A program made the position numbers and the translations under genes. DNA of 64,000 nt, taken from IMG/VR virus record IMGVR_UViG_3300031525_000002; one strand, given 5' to 3'. Below the pieces are notes generated by a model that saw only the letters and a program-made list of their open reading frames with translations, was not told the origin of the DNA and did no database searches. This DNA comes from an uncultured virus (IMG/VR IMGVR_UViG_3300031525_000002). Lineage: Duplodnaviria > Heunggongvirae > Uroviricota > Caudoviricetes. Shown here one piece after another: positions 32,225 to 43,115 of the stretch. The stretch's first letter is position 1, and each line of letters starts with the position of its first letter.

Positions 32225-34154
32225 TGGCACCATCCGTCTGCCATGAGTTTGTCGAGGCACGCGTGGCCGCAGACGTGGAGCGCGCTACCAGTGCCATCGA
32301 GGTTGGTCCACAGACCGATCCACGCGCCAGGCGGCAGTTGCAACATCTCGGGGCACTCGGGGTCGGGCGTCGTCATGATCGGACACGCGATGTCCGCCTC
32401 GCAGATGCAACACGAGAAGTGACGAATGGGAGTGCGCGGCACGCGCTTCTCGAGCGCCTCCACGTCGAAGGCGGACGCCTCGCGGAGGTGGTCGCACGCT
32501 GCCGCCGGCACCGTCGAGCGCTTCCCGTCGTGGTAGTGCGGATCCATGTCGCGAAGGTTGCATACCCACACGTCCCCGAGGAGGCGAGGCTCGCTTGCGA
32601 CGGTGCCGAGATAGTCGTGACCGGGCGACGACGTGTAGACGACGCGCGTGCCGGGGACGATCCACGCGGGGGCGGTCATGCGGGCGCACCGTAGACGAGG
32701 AGTTTGGCCGCCTCGCGATCCTGCGGGCGTCCGGGCATTTCGGGAAGAAAGCCGTCGAAGATTGCGCACTCGATGAACTCGTGCCGACCGCGACGAGAGC
32801 GTAGTGCAGCGACGATGGCGGCGTCTGAAACGAAGAGCGGAGCCATGTCCGTGTACGTGGAATACCGCCAGTGCCAGTCGCGACGGCGACGGATGAGTTG
32901 GAGGCACGTGCGGACGTAGCGCGTGGCGTGACGCTTCCAGACACGGCGCTTCATCGCGACAGCCTCTTCGGCGTCACATGAACAACCTCACCCTGAAACT
33001 CGCGCTTCGGCCATGCGTCGATAAGCCCCTCCAGCGCGCCCATCGACATGGTCTTCATCGTCGCCGGATCCACACCCGTCATGCTCGCGAGTTGGGTGAT
33101 GAGATGGTTGCGCGTCTTCATGCGCTGGCCGCAGGTAGGGCACACGTTGCTCGTGTTCGGCTTGCAGGATCGGTAGCGACGATGCTGCCGGGGCTCCGGA
33201 TGGAGGACGAACTCGGCCATCACGGGTACCTCTCGGGGCTCGCCCACCCGCGCCCATCGGCGGGCTTGTGGCACCGCGCACATCGACCGAGCGACGACAT
33301 GCGGTGGCCGAAGATGCGGCAGAGAAGACTGAGCCAGCGGCCGCGCCACGTGAGTCGACGCGTTGTCCGCGCCGTCGCCGCGCGCCAGAGCCCTTCACGT
33401 GTGCCCGGACCACACCCGTCGCACGCGATCTGCTCTCCGCCGCGGTAGTGGAGGTTCCGGTCCGTGCGGCCGCAGCGCTTGCAGGCGTAGAGGGTCATAG
33501 GCGCCTCGGGGCGAGCCACGGGCCGCACTGCGAACCGTAATCGTGACGGAGCGCACCACACGCGCGACACCAGAAGAGACGGAACGGTAACTGGGAGGGA
33601 GGCGAGAGCGCAGGAGGCCGCCCCTCGTAGACGACGGCGTCCGAATGCAAACAGTCCGTCGAGTTCGCCGCCACAACGGCGTGAGCAGCCTCCTCATAGC
33701 GGCGCTGCGTGTCGAGTCTCTCGTCACTCCATCGGCGCAGGCTGCGCTTGAAGAACCACCGCGCCTCGTATGCGACTTGGCCGAGGGAACGGGTCATGAC
33801 AGCAGCCGAGCCACCTGGTCATTGTGACCCTCTGCGACGCGCTGCATGAGGGTCGAGCAGTCGTCACACAGGTCGAGCCCGTCCAGCGCGAAGACGCCTG
33901 ACTTGCCGATGGCGCACCCCTTGACGAGCGCCACGGCGAGCGAGCTTCTAGGGCCGATCTCGCTGGAGACCTCGACGAGAACGCAGAGGACGCAGGAGTT
34001 ACCCACGGCCCGCGCCACCGTCCGGCGCGTTGCAGACGCAGGTGCCATCAGCACGGTACTCGGCCATTCCACCTTGGCACACCCGTCCGCACTCGTCGAT
34101 CTCGCACGCGCGCCCACAGCCAGTGAGCGTCAGCAGGAGCAGCAACAGTCTCAT
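32221..34154 (-). other. Chain of small hypothetical phage genes
   Basis: Overlapping ORFs ending at 32221, 32676, 32951, 33220, 33495, 33794 and 33999. Confidence 0.6.
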
Positions 34155-34993
34155 GTTTCCACCGATGGGTGCGTCTCGCTCTTCCCGAGCACCCAGTCGA
34201 GACACGAGAGCCAGTTGCGCCCTTCGTCGTCGTCACGGGAGTCGAGCGACTTGCGCAACTCGGAGATCTCCGTGCGCGGACGGAGAGCGTGCCCGTTACC
34301 GCTCTTCTTCGGAGGCGCGACGGAGCGCATCTTTTTCGCGCGCGCGCGCTTCCCCGTCGACCCCTCGGCGGCCGCCAGCATCTTGCCGAGCGTCGCCTTG
34401 GCCTCGGCGGGTTCGAGCTTGGATAGCTCGTAGGCGCGGGTCGCCGGAAGCTTGCCGCTCTCGACGGCTTTGCGCACGTCGGCGGGACAGTCGAGCAGCG
34501 CGAGGTAGTTCTTCACGGCCGAGTTCGAGCAGTGAAGGATGACCGCGATCACGTCCTCCGTGTAGCCCTGCTCGAGGAGGCGCTGGGCGAGCTTCGCGCG
34601 CTCGGTCGGGGTGGGGTCGGTGCGCCCCTCGTTGGCGACGATCATCGTGGCGAAGAGCGCCTTGGGGTCGCCCCGTTCGACGATGGCCTTGACGAGCTTG
34701 ATGGGCTCGCCCCTCTTGCGTAGGCGCTTGTTCGCCTCGCGCGCGGCCTTGACCCGCTGGCGGCCGTCGAGGACGCACACGTCACCTGTCTCCGGATCTT
34801 TCCAGACGATGAGCGGCTCGACGACGCCCTTGTACTCGATGCTCGCGATGAGCGACTCGAGCGGGTCGTTATCGACGCGCGGGTCGTAGAGGAAGTGCGT
34901 CTTGCTGGTGACGAGCTTGAGCTTGTCGGGGTCGAACGTGAGCAGATTCGAGTGCCCTTCGGCGCCGTAAGCGTCCTTGGAATTCTTGGCCAT
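34151..34993 (-). CDS. ParB/Srx-like N-terminal domain protein with HTH
   Basis: LIASIEYKGVVEPLIV...VLDGRQRVKAAREAN...ANEGR, followed by an HTH. Confidence 0.8.
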   Translation of the reverse strand: MAKNSKDAYGAEGHSNLLTFDPDKLKLVTSKTHFLYDPRVDNDPLESLIASIEYKGVVEPLIVWKDPETGDVCVLDGRQRVKAAREANKRLRKRGEPIKLVKAIVERGDPKALFATMIVANEGRTDPTPTERAKLAQRLLEQGYTEDVIAVILHCSNSAVKNYLALLDCPADVRKAVESGKLPATRAYELSKLEPAEAKATLGKMLAAAEGSTGKRARAKKMRSVAPPKKSGNGHALRPRTEISELRKSLDSRDDDEGRNWLSCLDWVLGKSETHPSVET

Positions 34994-35811
34994 CAGTGCA
35001 CCTCTCGGTCGTACCAGGGTTCGACGACGTGATGCTCCTCGGGGAGGTGGAGCAGTTCCATCTCGCGCCCTGGCAGCGTGAGACAGAGGTGAAGCGCAAG
35101 CATCTCCTCTGGAGGAGGCACGGCCCAATCGTGCACGCAGTAGGCGTGGCCGAGGTCGAGGTCGTACAGTTGACGGAAATTGGTCTGGGCCTTCATGAGC
35201 GCCGGCTTCTCGCGGTTGGCGACGAGGTAGCGACGGCCCGTGTCGGCACCGGTTGTCACGAAGGCGCCCTTGCGGCGGTAGTCGTAGATCTGCTCGTCGC
35301 TCAGGAACGTCTCGAGCACACGCGAGGCGCGGATGTCGGCCTCGGCGAACGCGGGAAGCGGGCAGCCATTGACGGGGCGAGCGACGGTAGCAGCCGTCTC
35401 CGGCTCGGGAGCGGGTGCCTGCGCCGGCGCCTCGGGCTTTGGCGTGGCTGGCGTGCGGTAGGTCTCGAGATCTTTGACCGTGCCGTCGGAGAGCTTGACG
35501 ACCTTGACCAGCTGGCGCTCGGGCCGCATGGCCTTCGTCAGGATCTTCTCGACCTCGCCGATCTTCGCGGCGAGCTCGACGGTGACGCCATCCTTCGTGC
35601 GGTAGGCGGCGTTCGTGAGGGGGAGGAAGTCGGACTCCTTCGCCCACGCGTCACCCAACAGCCTCTGGGCCGTCGCCTGCGCCCGCAAGGACGCCATGGC
35701 CTTCTCCTCCCACGCCGTTAGGTCGTAGGCGTGGAGGAGCGTTCGCTTCTCCCCCTTGCTCTCCAGCCGGATGTCCCCGTGAAACGTCGGAATCAGCCAC
35801 GTTCGCAGCAT
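34993..35811 (-). CDS. Hypothetical protein; paralog of 13042-13875
   Basis: MLRTWLIPTFHGDIRLE...FLSDEQ...TGRRY...HDWAVPPPEE. Confidence 0.7.
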   Translation of the reverse strand: MLRTWLIPTFHGDIRLESKGEKRTLLHAYDLTAWEEKAMASLRAQATAQRLLGDAWAKESDFLPLTNAAYRTKDGVTVELAAKIGEVEKILTKAMRPERQLVKVVKLSDGTVKDLETYRTPATPKPEAPAQAPAPEPETAATVARPVNGCPLPAFAEADIRASRVLETFLSDEQIYDYRRKGAFVTTGADTGRRYLVANREKPALMKAQTNFRQLYDLDLGHAYCVHDWAVPPPEEMLALHLCLTLPGREMELLHLPEEHHVVEPWYDREVH

Positions 35812-36298
35812 TGCGTGTCTCCATGTGCTCGATGAGCTTGGCGATGCGCGCCTCGAGCGTCGCGCGCTTCGGGAAAGGAACCTTGTCCACCAGTGCGATG
35901 AGAGTCTTGAGCTCGTCCGCCTCGTGCAGGGCGGCGGCCGCGCGCACGGTCTCGGTGGAGGCTTGCGCGAGGGTGCCTTGGGCCAGTCGGTCGTTGCGTT
36001 CGACCTCGCCTTGGTCGCCCATGTACGCCGCTTGGTTCTGGATGACGCCGACGTTGCCGTGGAAGCGAGGCATGACGGCACCGTTGACGCCGTAGTTGTT
36101 GAAGCCTTGGACCGCCATGGGATTGCCCGGATCGACCGCTTGAAAGTCCTCGACGCTCTTCGCCTCCAGGCGCGCGAGCCCCTGACCAAGTGAGCAGAGT
36201 TGGGCCGCCTTGCCGAAGCGACCCGGCTCCTTCCCGCGGAGCGTCGCCTCCACGAGCGCGACGAGCGCCTCCACGGCCTTTGCCGCCTCGTCGCTCAC
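35651..36298 (-). CDS. Hypothetical helical protein overlapping the next gene by about 160 nt
   Basis: 215 aa ORF in the overlap chain. Confidence 0.5.
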   Translation of the reverse strand: MSDEAAKAVEALVALVEATLRGKEPGRFGKAAQLCSLGQGLARLEAKSVEDFQAVDPGNPMAVQGFNNYGVNGAVMPRFHGNVGVIQNQAAYMGDQGEVERNDRLAQGTLAQASTETVRAAAALHEADELKTLIALVDKVPFPKRATLEARIAKLIEHMETRNAANVADSDVSRGHPAGEQGGEANAPPRLRPNGVGGEGHGVLAGAGDGPEAVG

Positions 36299-36700
36299 GG
36301 CGACCTCAGCGGGACGGGCGTGAGGTTCAGCCCCAGCGCGCTCGCAGTCGCCTCAAGCGCAGGCAGGCACTCCCCGCAGATGAAGGACTCGTCACGTCCG
36401 GGCCAGGTGAACCGGTGCGAGGCGACGAACGGGCACGGAAGCTCGCCCTTGAGGATCTGTTTGCAACGTTGCAGCGTGGCGATGTTTGCGGGGTCGGACA
36501 TGGGAGCGCTCCGTGCCGGGCGGGGCCGGGGAGGGGGTGGAGTGTCGCGATGGCTCGGTGGGACAGGGATAGTCGTGCGGGGTCGTTACGGGCGAGGCGC
36601 TGGCTAGATCCGTCGCGATGGCGTTGTGGGCGGCGACGAGTGCTTCGACGGCCTTGCGGTCGGGCGTCATGACGCCGAGCTCTTCGGTTGCCGTCGCGCC

Positions 36701-38119
36701 TCAGCCAGCGCATACCGTTTGCTGGCGCGCCACCGCAACGCGCTCATGCTCTTCGGGTGTTGTACGGGCGTACCACCTGTGCAGAGCTGCGCAGGAAGCG
36801 CAGCGCCATGGTTGTCCGCGGGACAACGCCCCACTCCTCGGTACGGATCGATTAGAGGCGCAGCCGGTCGCAGGTGAGGGCCCCGCACAGACCTTCTGTC
36901 GTCGAGGCAGATCCGTCACCCTCACAAGGTCGCCATCGACTTCGACGGGCTCGCGAAAGCTTACGTGGCCATCGGCGTCTACCGCAGCCACCTGTTTTGT
37001 TGGCTGTAGGCGCGCCTCTAGCGACCACCCTTGATCAGCCCACGGGGCGCCGTGGATCCACGACATGCCGGCATGGTCGAGAATGATCGACGGAGTCCCT
37101 GGCCGCATGACACGCCCACACCATTGGAGATACCGGCGTAGGCTCGCGGTCGGGGCAGCGATGATCGCGCAGCGGGCGGCCGGAAAATCCCAACCTTCGC
37201 CGAGAACGTCACACGTCCAGAGAACGCTGATCGTGCCGCTCGCCAGCGCCGCGAGCTTCCGGTCGCGCTCGGCATCCGTGTGGTAGCCGAGAAGCATCTC
37301 GGTCTTGATGCCAGCAGCCGTAAATTGCGCAATGAGGTCGTCGATTTGGCGCTCGCTTGCCGCGAAGCCGACCGTGGGCACGCCTTGAGCGTGCTTCTTC
37401 CAATGGTCCGGCATGCGACCAACGATCAGCCGCATGGAGCGCTCTGCGTCGGCTGCGGAGTAGTCGCCGCGCACCTTCTTCAAGCCCTTCAGAGAAGGCA
37501 GCGCGTCCTTGTCCCAACTGAAGATGTCGGGGCGCGCCAGCCATCCGGCTTTGATCAGTTCCTCCACGCTCTCGGTCTGCGTGACCATCCGGTCGAAGTG
37601 CTCGGCGAGCGGCTTCCCGTCGAGCCGCACTGGAGTCGCGGTGAGCCCCAGGACGGGCATCTTCGGGTAACAGGCGAGAAGCTTCGACCACCCTGCGGAC
37701 GCCACATGGTGAGCCTCGTCCACAACGATGCGCGTGATGCCCGGAATCACGTCGCGATGCCGTAGCGTGTCGATGCTCGCGATGTGGATGGGCGCGTCGA
37801 GGTTGACTGCGTAGTCCTTCGAGCCTTTGCGACGGTGGAAGCTCATCATCGACCGCGGGAGGCCGGCTGCGAGGAGCTTCCGCTCGGTCTGCTTTAGGAT
37901 CTCCCACCTGTGCACGAGGTAGAGCACCCGGTCGCCCTGGGCGACCCAGTGGCGGACGAGGGAAGCCGCCACGACGGTCTTCCCGGTCCCCATGAAGGCG
38001 ACGTAGAGGAGGCGCATCACGAGGTCGCAGGCGACCTTGAGCTTGCCGATGTCCTCGCGCTGGTAGTCGCGGGGAGCGTCGACGGGCGGCGTTAGCTGCT
38101 TGGCGATGGCACGGTTCAT
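36701..38119 (-). CDS. Second SF2 DEAH-box helicase
   Basis: PRDYQ, AFMGTGKT, VVDEAHH, GLTATPVRLDG, EGWDFP, QWCGRVMRP, LDHAG. Confidence 0.9.
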   Translation of the reverse strand: MNRAIAKQLTPPVDAPRDYQREDIGKLKVACDLVMRLLYVAFMGTGKTVVAASLVRHWVAQGDRVLYLVHRWEILKQTERKLLAAGLPRSMMSFHRRKGSKDYAVNLDAPIHIASIDTLRHRDVIPGITRIVVDEAHHVASAGWSKLLACYPKMPVLGLTATPVRLDGKPLAEHFDRMVTQTESVEELIKAGWLARPDIFSWDKDALPSLKGLKKVRGDYSAADAERSMRLIVGRMPDHWKKHAQGVPTVGFAASERQIDDLIAQFTAAGIKTEMLLGYHTDAERDRKLAALASGTISVLWTCDVLGEGWDFPAARCAIIAAPTASLRRYLQWCGRVMRPGTPSIILDHAGMSWIHGAPWADQGWSLEARLQPTKQVAAVDADGHVSFREPVEVDGDLVRVTDLPRRQKVCAGPSPATGCASNRSVPRSGALSRGQPWRCASCAALHRWYARTTPEEHERVAVARQQTVCAG

Positions 38120-38304
38120 GGGCGCGACATGCCCGACCTCACCCGTCCGCACCATTGCGCGGAGCGACTCGGTGTAGCGGTTGGTAATCCCACGACGAAA
38201 CATCTCGCCGGGAAGTCCCAGCCCTCGCGGATGGCGGAGACGGCAACAGGACGATGGGCCTCGTCCACAACAACAGGGGCAAGCGGCTTAGCGGAGCGGT
38301 TCAT
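38116..38304 (-). CDS. 62-aa mini-protein made of concatenated motifs of the adjacent helicase
   Basis: MNRSAKPLAP-VVVDEAH-...EGWDFPARC...PTA...QWCGRV; GGAG SD upstream; ATGA-coupled to the helicase. Confidence 0.6.
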   Translation of the reverse strand: MNRSAKPLAPVVVDEAHRPVAVSAIREGWDFPARCFVVGLPTATPSRSAQWCGRVRSGMSRP

Positions 38305-38396
38305 GTCGTGGTCTCCTCGCCCGTCACCCATTCGGGTGACGCGGCGACTTCGTGGTCAGGGGGCGTGGTTCGTGGTCATGGGCGGCTTCATGGTCA
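38305..38396. repeat. Direct repeats TTC(G/A)TGGTCA plus a hairpin near the integrase 3' end
   Basis: Copies at 38349, 38369, 38387 (degenerate copy at 38305); stem CGTCACCC-ATTC-GGGTGACG at 38322-38341. Confidence 0.6.
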
Positions 38397-38562
38397 AAGC
38401 CTCACGGATCGCTCTGCCAAAAGCGGCGCCACGACCCGCGTGAGCATAAGCCACGTGACCCCTCCACCGCATGGTCATTGTCTGTTTGGTCTGCCCGACA
38501 TACTGACGACCGGAGGCGACGTGCGTGCAGCAGTAAATGATGTAGGGACGGGGCGCCCTCAT
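38356..38562 (-). pseudogene. Truncated GIY-YIG endonuclease
   Basis: YIIYCCTHVASGRQYVGQT......RW..H...A.......AIR, then runs into the repeats; 68 aa. Confidence 0.65.
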
Positions 38563-39572
38563 GGTCCGGCACCGTAGTCAGCGACCTTGAGACGCTCCTT
38601 GTCGAGCTCGGCGTCACCACGGAGGTCATACCGAGTGGTTGTCTCTTGGTTCGCGTGGTGCATCAGCTTCTGCACAACGCTCGTACCGAGTCCGCCTGAG
38701 AACATTTTCGTGGCGAAACTTCTGCGGATGTCGTGAACCGAAAAAGGGCGAATGCCAGCAAGCTTGCAGAGCCCAGCGTCGCGCTTGCGCCCCACGAAGA
38801 GGTACCAAAGGTGCCACGGCCGAAGCGGTGTCCCGGAGACAGGGGAGGCGAATAGAAACTTGTGATTCCACCGAAGGCCCCGACGAATCTTCGACCACTC
38901 GTCGAGCGCACGCTTCGTGGATGGCGTCAGGAAGTGCGTGACCTCATGGTCGCCCTTCGCGATCACGTGGATGGCGCGCCCGTCGAAGCAGTCCACCGCG
39001 AGACGGCAAATCTCTGCCCGTCGCATGCCAGTACCGAGCCCGATGAGCAGGGCGGCGCGAAGCATCGCACCGCGAGGCTGGCGGTCGACCGCGCATGCCT
39101 TGAGTAGGGCAGTCACCTCGTCTTCGGAGAGCGCACGTCCCTTCGGCTGTCTCGAGCCAGGCACCTTCCTGAGGGAATCGCCTACGTCGTCGCAGAACTG
39201 TTGATCCACAAGACGGCGCCGACGGGCCGCGCGAACAATGGCGCGCATGGCGGCGAACCGAACACGAACGGTGTACGGCGAAGGCTTCCTGTTGTCGCGG
39301 CTCAGCCGCTTGAGAAGCTTGGTGCGACCACGTTCGATGTCGTCGATGGAGAGCGTCTGCCACGGCACTAGGACCTCAGCCCTCTCAGCGACCTCACCTG
39401 CCGCGTTCCGATAGTCCTCGTATCCGAGCGCCCAGGCCCACGCCCGCAAGCCGGAGCGCATCGTAGCCTTCGACGAGTCTGCAAACTGGCGGTCCTCGAC
39501 GGCCTTGACCAGCTCGGCGCTCGTCGCGAGGACGGCCTTGTGCGCGGTCGTGGGAGGCTTCGCGAGCGTCAT
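38559..39572 (-). CDS. Tyrosine recombinase / integrase (XerC/D-like)
   Basis: TGMRRAE (R), AKG (K), HDIRR (HxxR), MHHAN (H), TTRYD (Y). Confidence 0.9.
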   Translation of the reverse strand: MTLAKPPTTAHKAVLATSAELVKAVEDRQFADSSKATMRSGLRAWAWALGYEDYRNAAGEVAERAEVLVPWQTLSIDDIERGRTKLLKRLSRDNRKPSPYTVRVRFAAMRAIVRAARRRRLVDQQFCDDVGDSLRKVPGSRQPKGRALSEDEVTALLKACAVDRQPRGAMLRAALLIGLGTGMRRAEICRLAVDCFDGRAIHVIAKGDHEVTHFLTPSTKRALDEWSKIRRGLRWNHKFLFASPVSGTPLRPWHLWYLFVGRKRDAGLCKLAGIRPFSVHDIRRSFATKMFSGGLGTSVVQKLMHHANQETTTRYDLRGDAELDKERLKVADYGAGP

Positions 39573-39636
39573 GAGGGTCAGCCAGCTTTTCCACCCTTTG
39601 GAAACGAAGTCAACAGAATTGGATGTTACATTCGAC

Positions 39637-39676
39637 TCAACAATTCGTTGACAGCGCCTACCAGCGGCGTAAAGGT
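39637..39676 (+). promoter_or_regulatory. Divergent control region: sigma70-like promoter overlapped by an inverted repeat
   Basis: TTGACA at 39648, N16, TAAAGG; inverted repeat TCAAC-N5-GTTGA at 39637-39651; AT-rich gap between the integrase and the gene chain starting at 39685. Confidence 0.5.
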
Positions 39677-42600
39677 GGACGCCGATGCCCGACGAGAGCG
39701 ACCCGGAAATCGTCACCGGCCCGGACCCCGAGAGCGACCGCGAGCTCGTCACCGATCCGGACCCCAACTACTGCCGCATGCGGTCGCACGAGAACGCGAG
39801 GCTATGCCAGTGCCTGCACGCGTGCTGCTCGCACGACGCGAACGGCGAGTGCCGGTCCTGTGAGTGTCGCGGGTTCGTCGAAGCGCCGCCGAAGCCGGCG
39901 CCGAGGCCGCCCCCGCCGTGCAGCGAGTGCCGGTACGGGCGCATCCGGACCGACTGCCCGGTGTGCCGGGGCACGGGCGTGATGATGAGGGGTGGGTCGT
40001 GACGGTGCCGAGCGAACTCGACGAAACGATGCATACGATGCATCGCCTCTGGACGCGTGCGGTGGGGACGCCAGAGTACGACAAGGAAGAATGGAAGACG
40101 CTCGAGCGCGGCATCTATGCGCTGGGCAAGGAACTGAGGGAGACGCGCAAGGATGTGGCGCGGTGGAAAGACAACTTCGATAGCGTCGAGGACGTGCTGC
40201 GGGAGTGCGCAGACGCATGTGACGAGCTCCGGAACACGCTGTCCTACCCGCTGCCGGCCTGCGTCACGCGAGCGCGAGCGCTTCTCGGCGAACCGTGCGC
40301 CATCGTGGGACGCGTCCCGAAGCCGCACGACCCAGAGACGTGCCCCGGATGCCGAGGCGCGAACGTCACGCCGGCATGCACGTGTGGCGAATGGACCGAG
40401 GAGAATCCCATCGCCTGCCCGCGTCACGATACGCCCGAAGAGGCGGAGCGCGTGCGGCAGCTTCTGTTGGCGACGGCGAGGAAGGTCATTGCGGCGAAGG
40501 AGTGCGGCGCAAAGGATCCCGCCGGCTGGGGCGGTACGTGCATTCACCCGCCTCACGGCGCAGAGCGCGAGCACCAGTACCAGTCGACGCGCAAGGCGAA
40601 GCACAGCGACGTGACGCACATCCTCGAAGCGGGCATGTCCCTCTGTCGGTTCACAACGGTCGTGCCGGGAGATTGGCCGCCGGGCAACTACTGGGTGAGG
40701 CTGAGCGAAGCGAAGGAGGCATCGTGTCCGGGGTGTCGAACGCGAGCGGCTGCGCTGGGGAGGAGCACATGATCGACTTCGCCAAGCTTGCACGGGAGTT
40801 CCGAGCGGAGAAGTGCGCGAACGCCGCCTCGAGCTTCACTGAGAGCGACATCGTCGCGCTGATGCAGCGGGTCGCAGCGGAAGCGCTAGCCTCGGCAATT
40901 GCCGCCGCAGAGGCGTACGCCCGCGAAAACGAAAACTACGACGACGACGGAGTCCTGAGCAAAGGCGTGCCCGATGCACTGCGCACCCTGCTGGCCGACC
41001 CACAGTCACGCGCGCCCGAGCCGTGGGAGGACGTGGACGACGAGTGGAGCGAGGCGATCAAGGCAGCGTTCCCGACGCGCAGCGGCTCGCACGCCCAGTA
41101 CGGCGTCGCCATGAAGATGGTGGGTCACCGTCACTCGAAGATCGCGCTCGTCGCGCTGGTGAACTGGCTCCTGGTGAAAGCCGACGCGAGCGAGGAGCGA
41201 GGCTGGGCCGACTGCGTGCGAGGCATCGAGATGTCACGCGATACGTTCCGGCCAGACACCACGTCACGCGCAGCATGTGAGGTCGTGCTCGCCGACCTGC
41301 GGAAGCTTGCCGCGCTGCCGAAGGTCGTCACATGAGCGACGAAGACCGCCTCGTGATGCTGGAGTCTGAGCTCGCGGAGACTCGGCGCAAGCTGGCCGAG
41401 TCCGAGCAGCACCTCGCGTCGGCGAACCAGATCATCGGCTCGTACAGCACCGTGCGCTGCGGGCTCGTGAAGGGCCACGCCGACCCACGGTACGCAGCGC
41501 TTGCTGCGCATCTGAAAACGGAGATCGCCGAGAAGGAAACCGCGCGCGCCCAACTCGCGGTTGCCCGAACGCCGACCGATGGCGTGTGGATGTGGCAGGG
41601 TTGTGGCGACGAGCCGGAGGGGCTTTCGTGCCCGGTGGTTATGAGCGCGGACACGCTGCGTGGGCTGCTCAGCGCGCGGACGAAGACCGTCGAGGAGATC
41701 GTCGCGTACCTGCGTGACGACAAGGACGTGACGTTTCGCTTCGGCGAGACACTTGCTGCTTGGCTGGCGAATCGCGTCGACGGGTGGATGAAGCGCCCGT
41801 CGGCGTCGCCTCCGGCGCATCGCGCGGATGCACTGGATCGCTGTCAAGCCTCGGAGTCGGGGGCACAGTGCAGTCTCCCGTCAGAGCACCTGAGCGATCA
41901 TGTCTTCGGCGTGCCACCACTAACGACGCTCCAAGCCTTTGCGTGGGCCGAAGAGCGGGCACGTGCGAGAAAGGCCGAGCGCGGCTGTGCACTGCGTGAA
42001 TTACAGCGCCGGGCGGACTGGCTCGCCGATGAATGCCGCAAGGGCGGGACGTGCTACGTCGAACGTGACGAGGCGTACATCGCGGTCAAGACGCTAGAGC
42101 GGTTCTACGAGCACGGGACACCAAAATGAGCGCCCGTCCCGACCACATCTGCTGCGTTGTGCGCGACACGAGCCCGCACGGCACGAGGACCTCGTACTGC
42201 AAGCGCGTGCTGCCCACGTTCGAGTGGGCGTTCGTCAGCCGCGAGCACGCGGAGGCGAACGAAGCCCGCGAGGGGCGGCTCGTCACGTGCCCGGAATGCA
42301 AGACTGCGCTGCGGAGGAAGGCGTCATGACTACGGAGAACACGTCCGCCGAGGTGCGCGAGGCGCGTATCCTGGCGCTCGCGTTCGCGCTGGATGTTCTG
42401 AAGCAGCAGTGGTCCGCGCCGGACAAGACGGACATGGTCATGGCGGTCGCGCTTGGCGCAGCTGGCAATGGCGACGTGTTCGCAGACTGCCTCTGGGCGA
42501 TTGGCTTGTACGGCCATGGTCTGCCGGTGGACGCGGTCGCGGGCGCGATCACGAAGACGAAGGAGATCGTATGAACACCAACGAAGACCCGCTTATCACG

Positions 42601-43115
42601 TTGCTTCGCCAACAGCGAAACACCGCTGACGCTCGGATCGCCGAGCTTGAGGCGCACGCGGGAGAATTGCGGCGTGAGCGTGACGAAGCGCAGAAGGAAT
42701 TGGGCGATGCGTGGACGGTACTTCAGGTCAACGGATGCGACGCACACTGCTTGAAGACCCACCAGATCCACCACGCCATCGAGACGCTCGCGTACGAACG
42801 AGTGCGAGCGTGTCGCGAAGTGGAGCGACTACAAGGACTGATTCGCCAGCCAGGCCGCGAAAGCTGTGCGTGCGAGTGGACGAAGCGTGATGGTCCCATC
42901 GGCGAATGCGCGCCATTCCTGAAGCCGTGCGCGGGTCACGAGGTCTACGGCACGTGGCGAGCAGCGGAAGCGACGAAGGCGCTCGAGGAGTGCCGTCACC
43001 AGTTGGGCCTTGTCGAGGACGAACTTCGTGCGGCGCGGCAGCGAGTGCCGCTGGGGCAGCGGGTCGCAGACCTCTTTATGGCTGTTGCGGCGGTACTCCA
43101 AAAGGAGAGGAGCAA

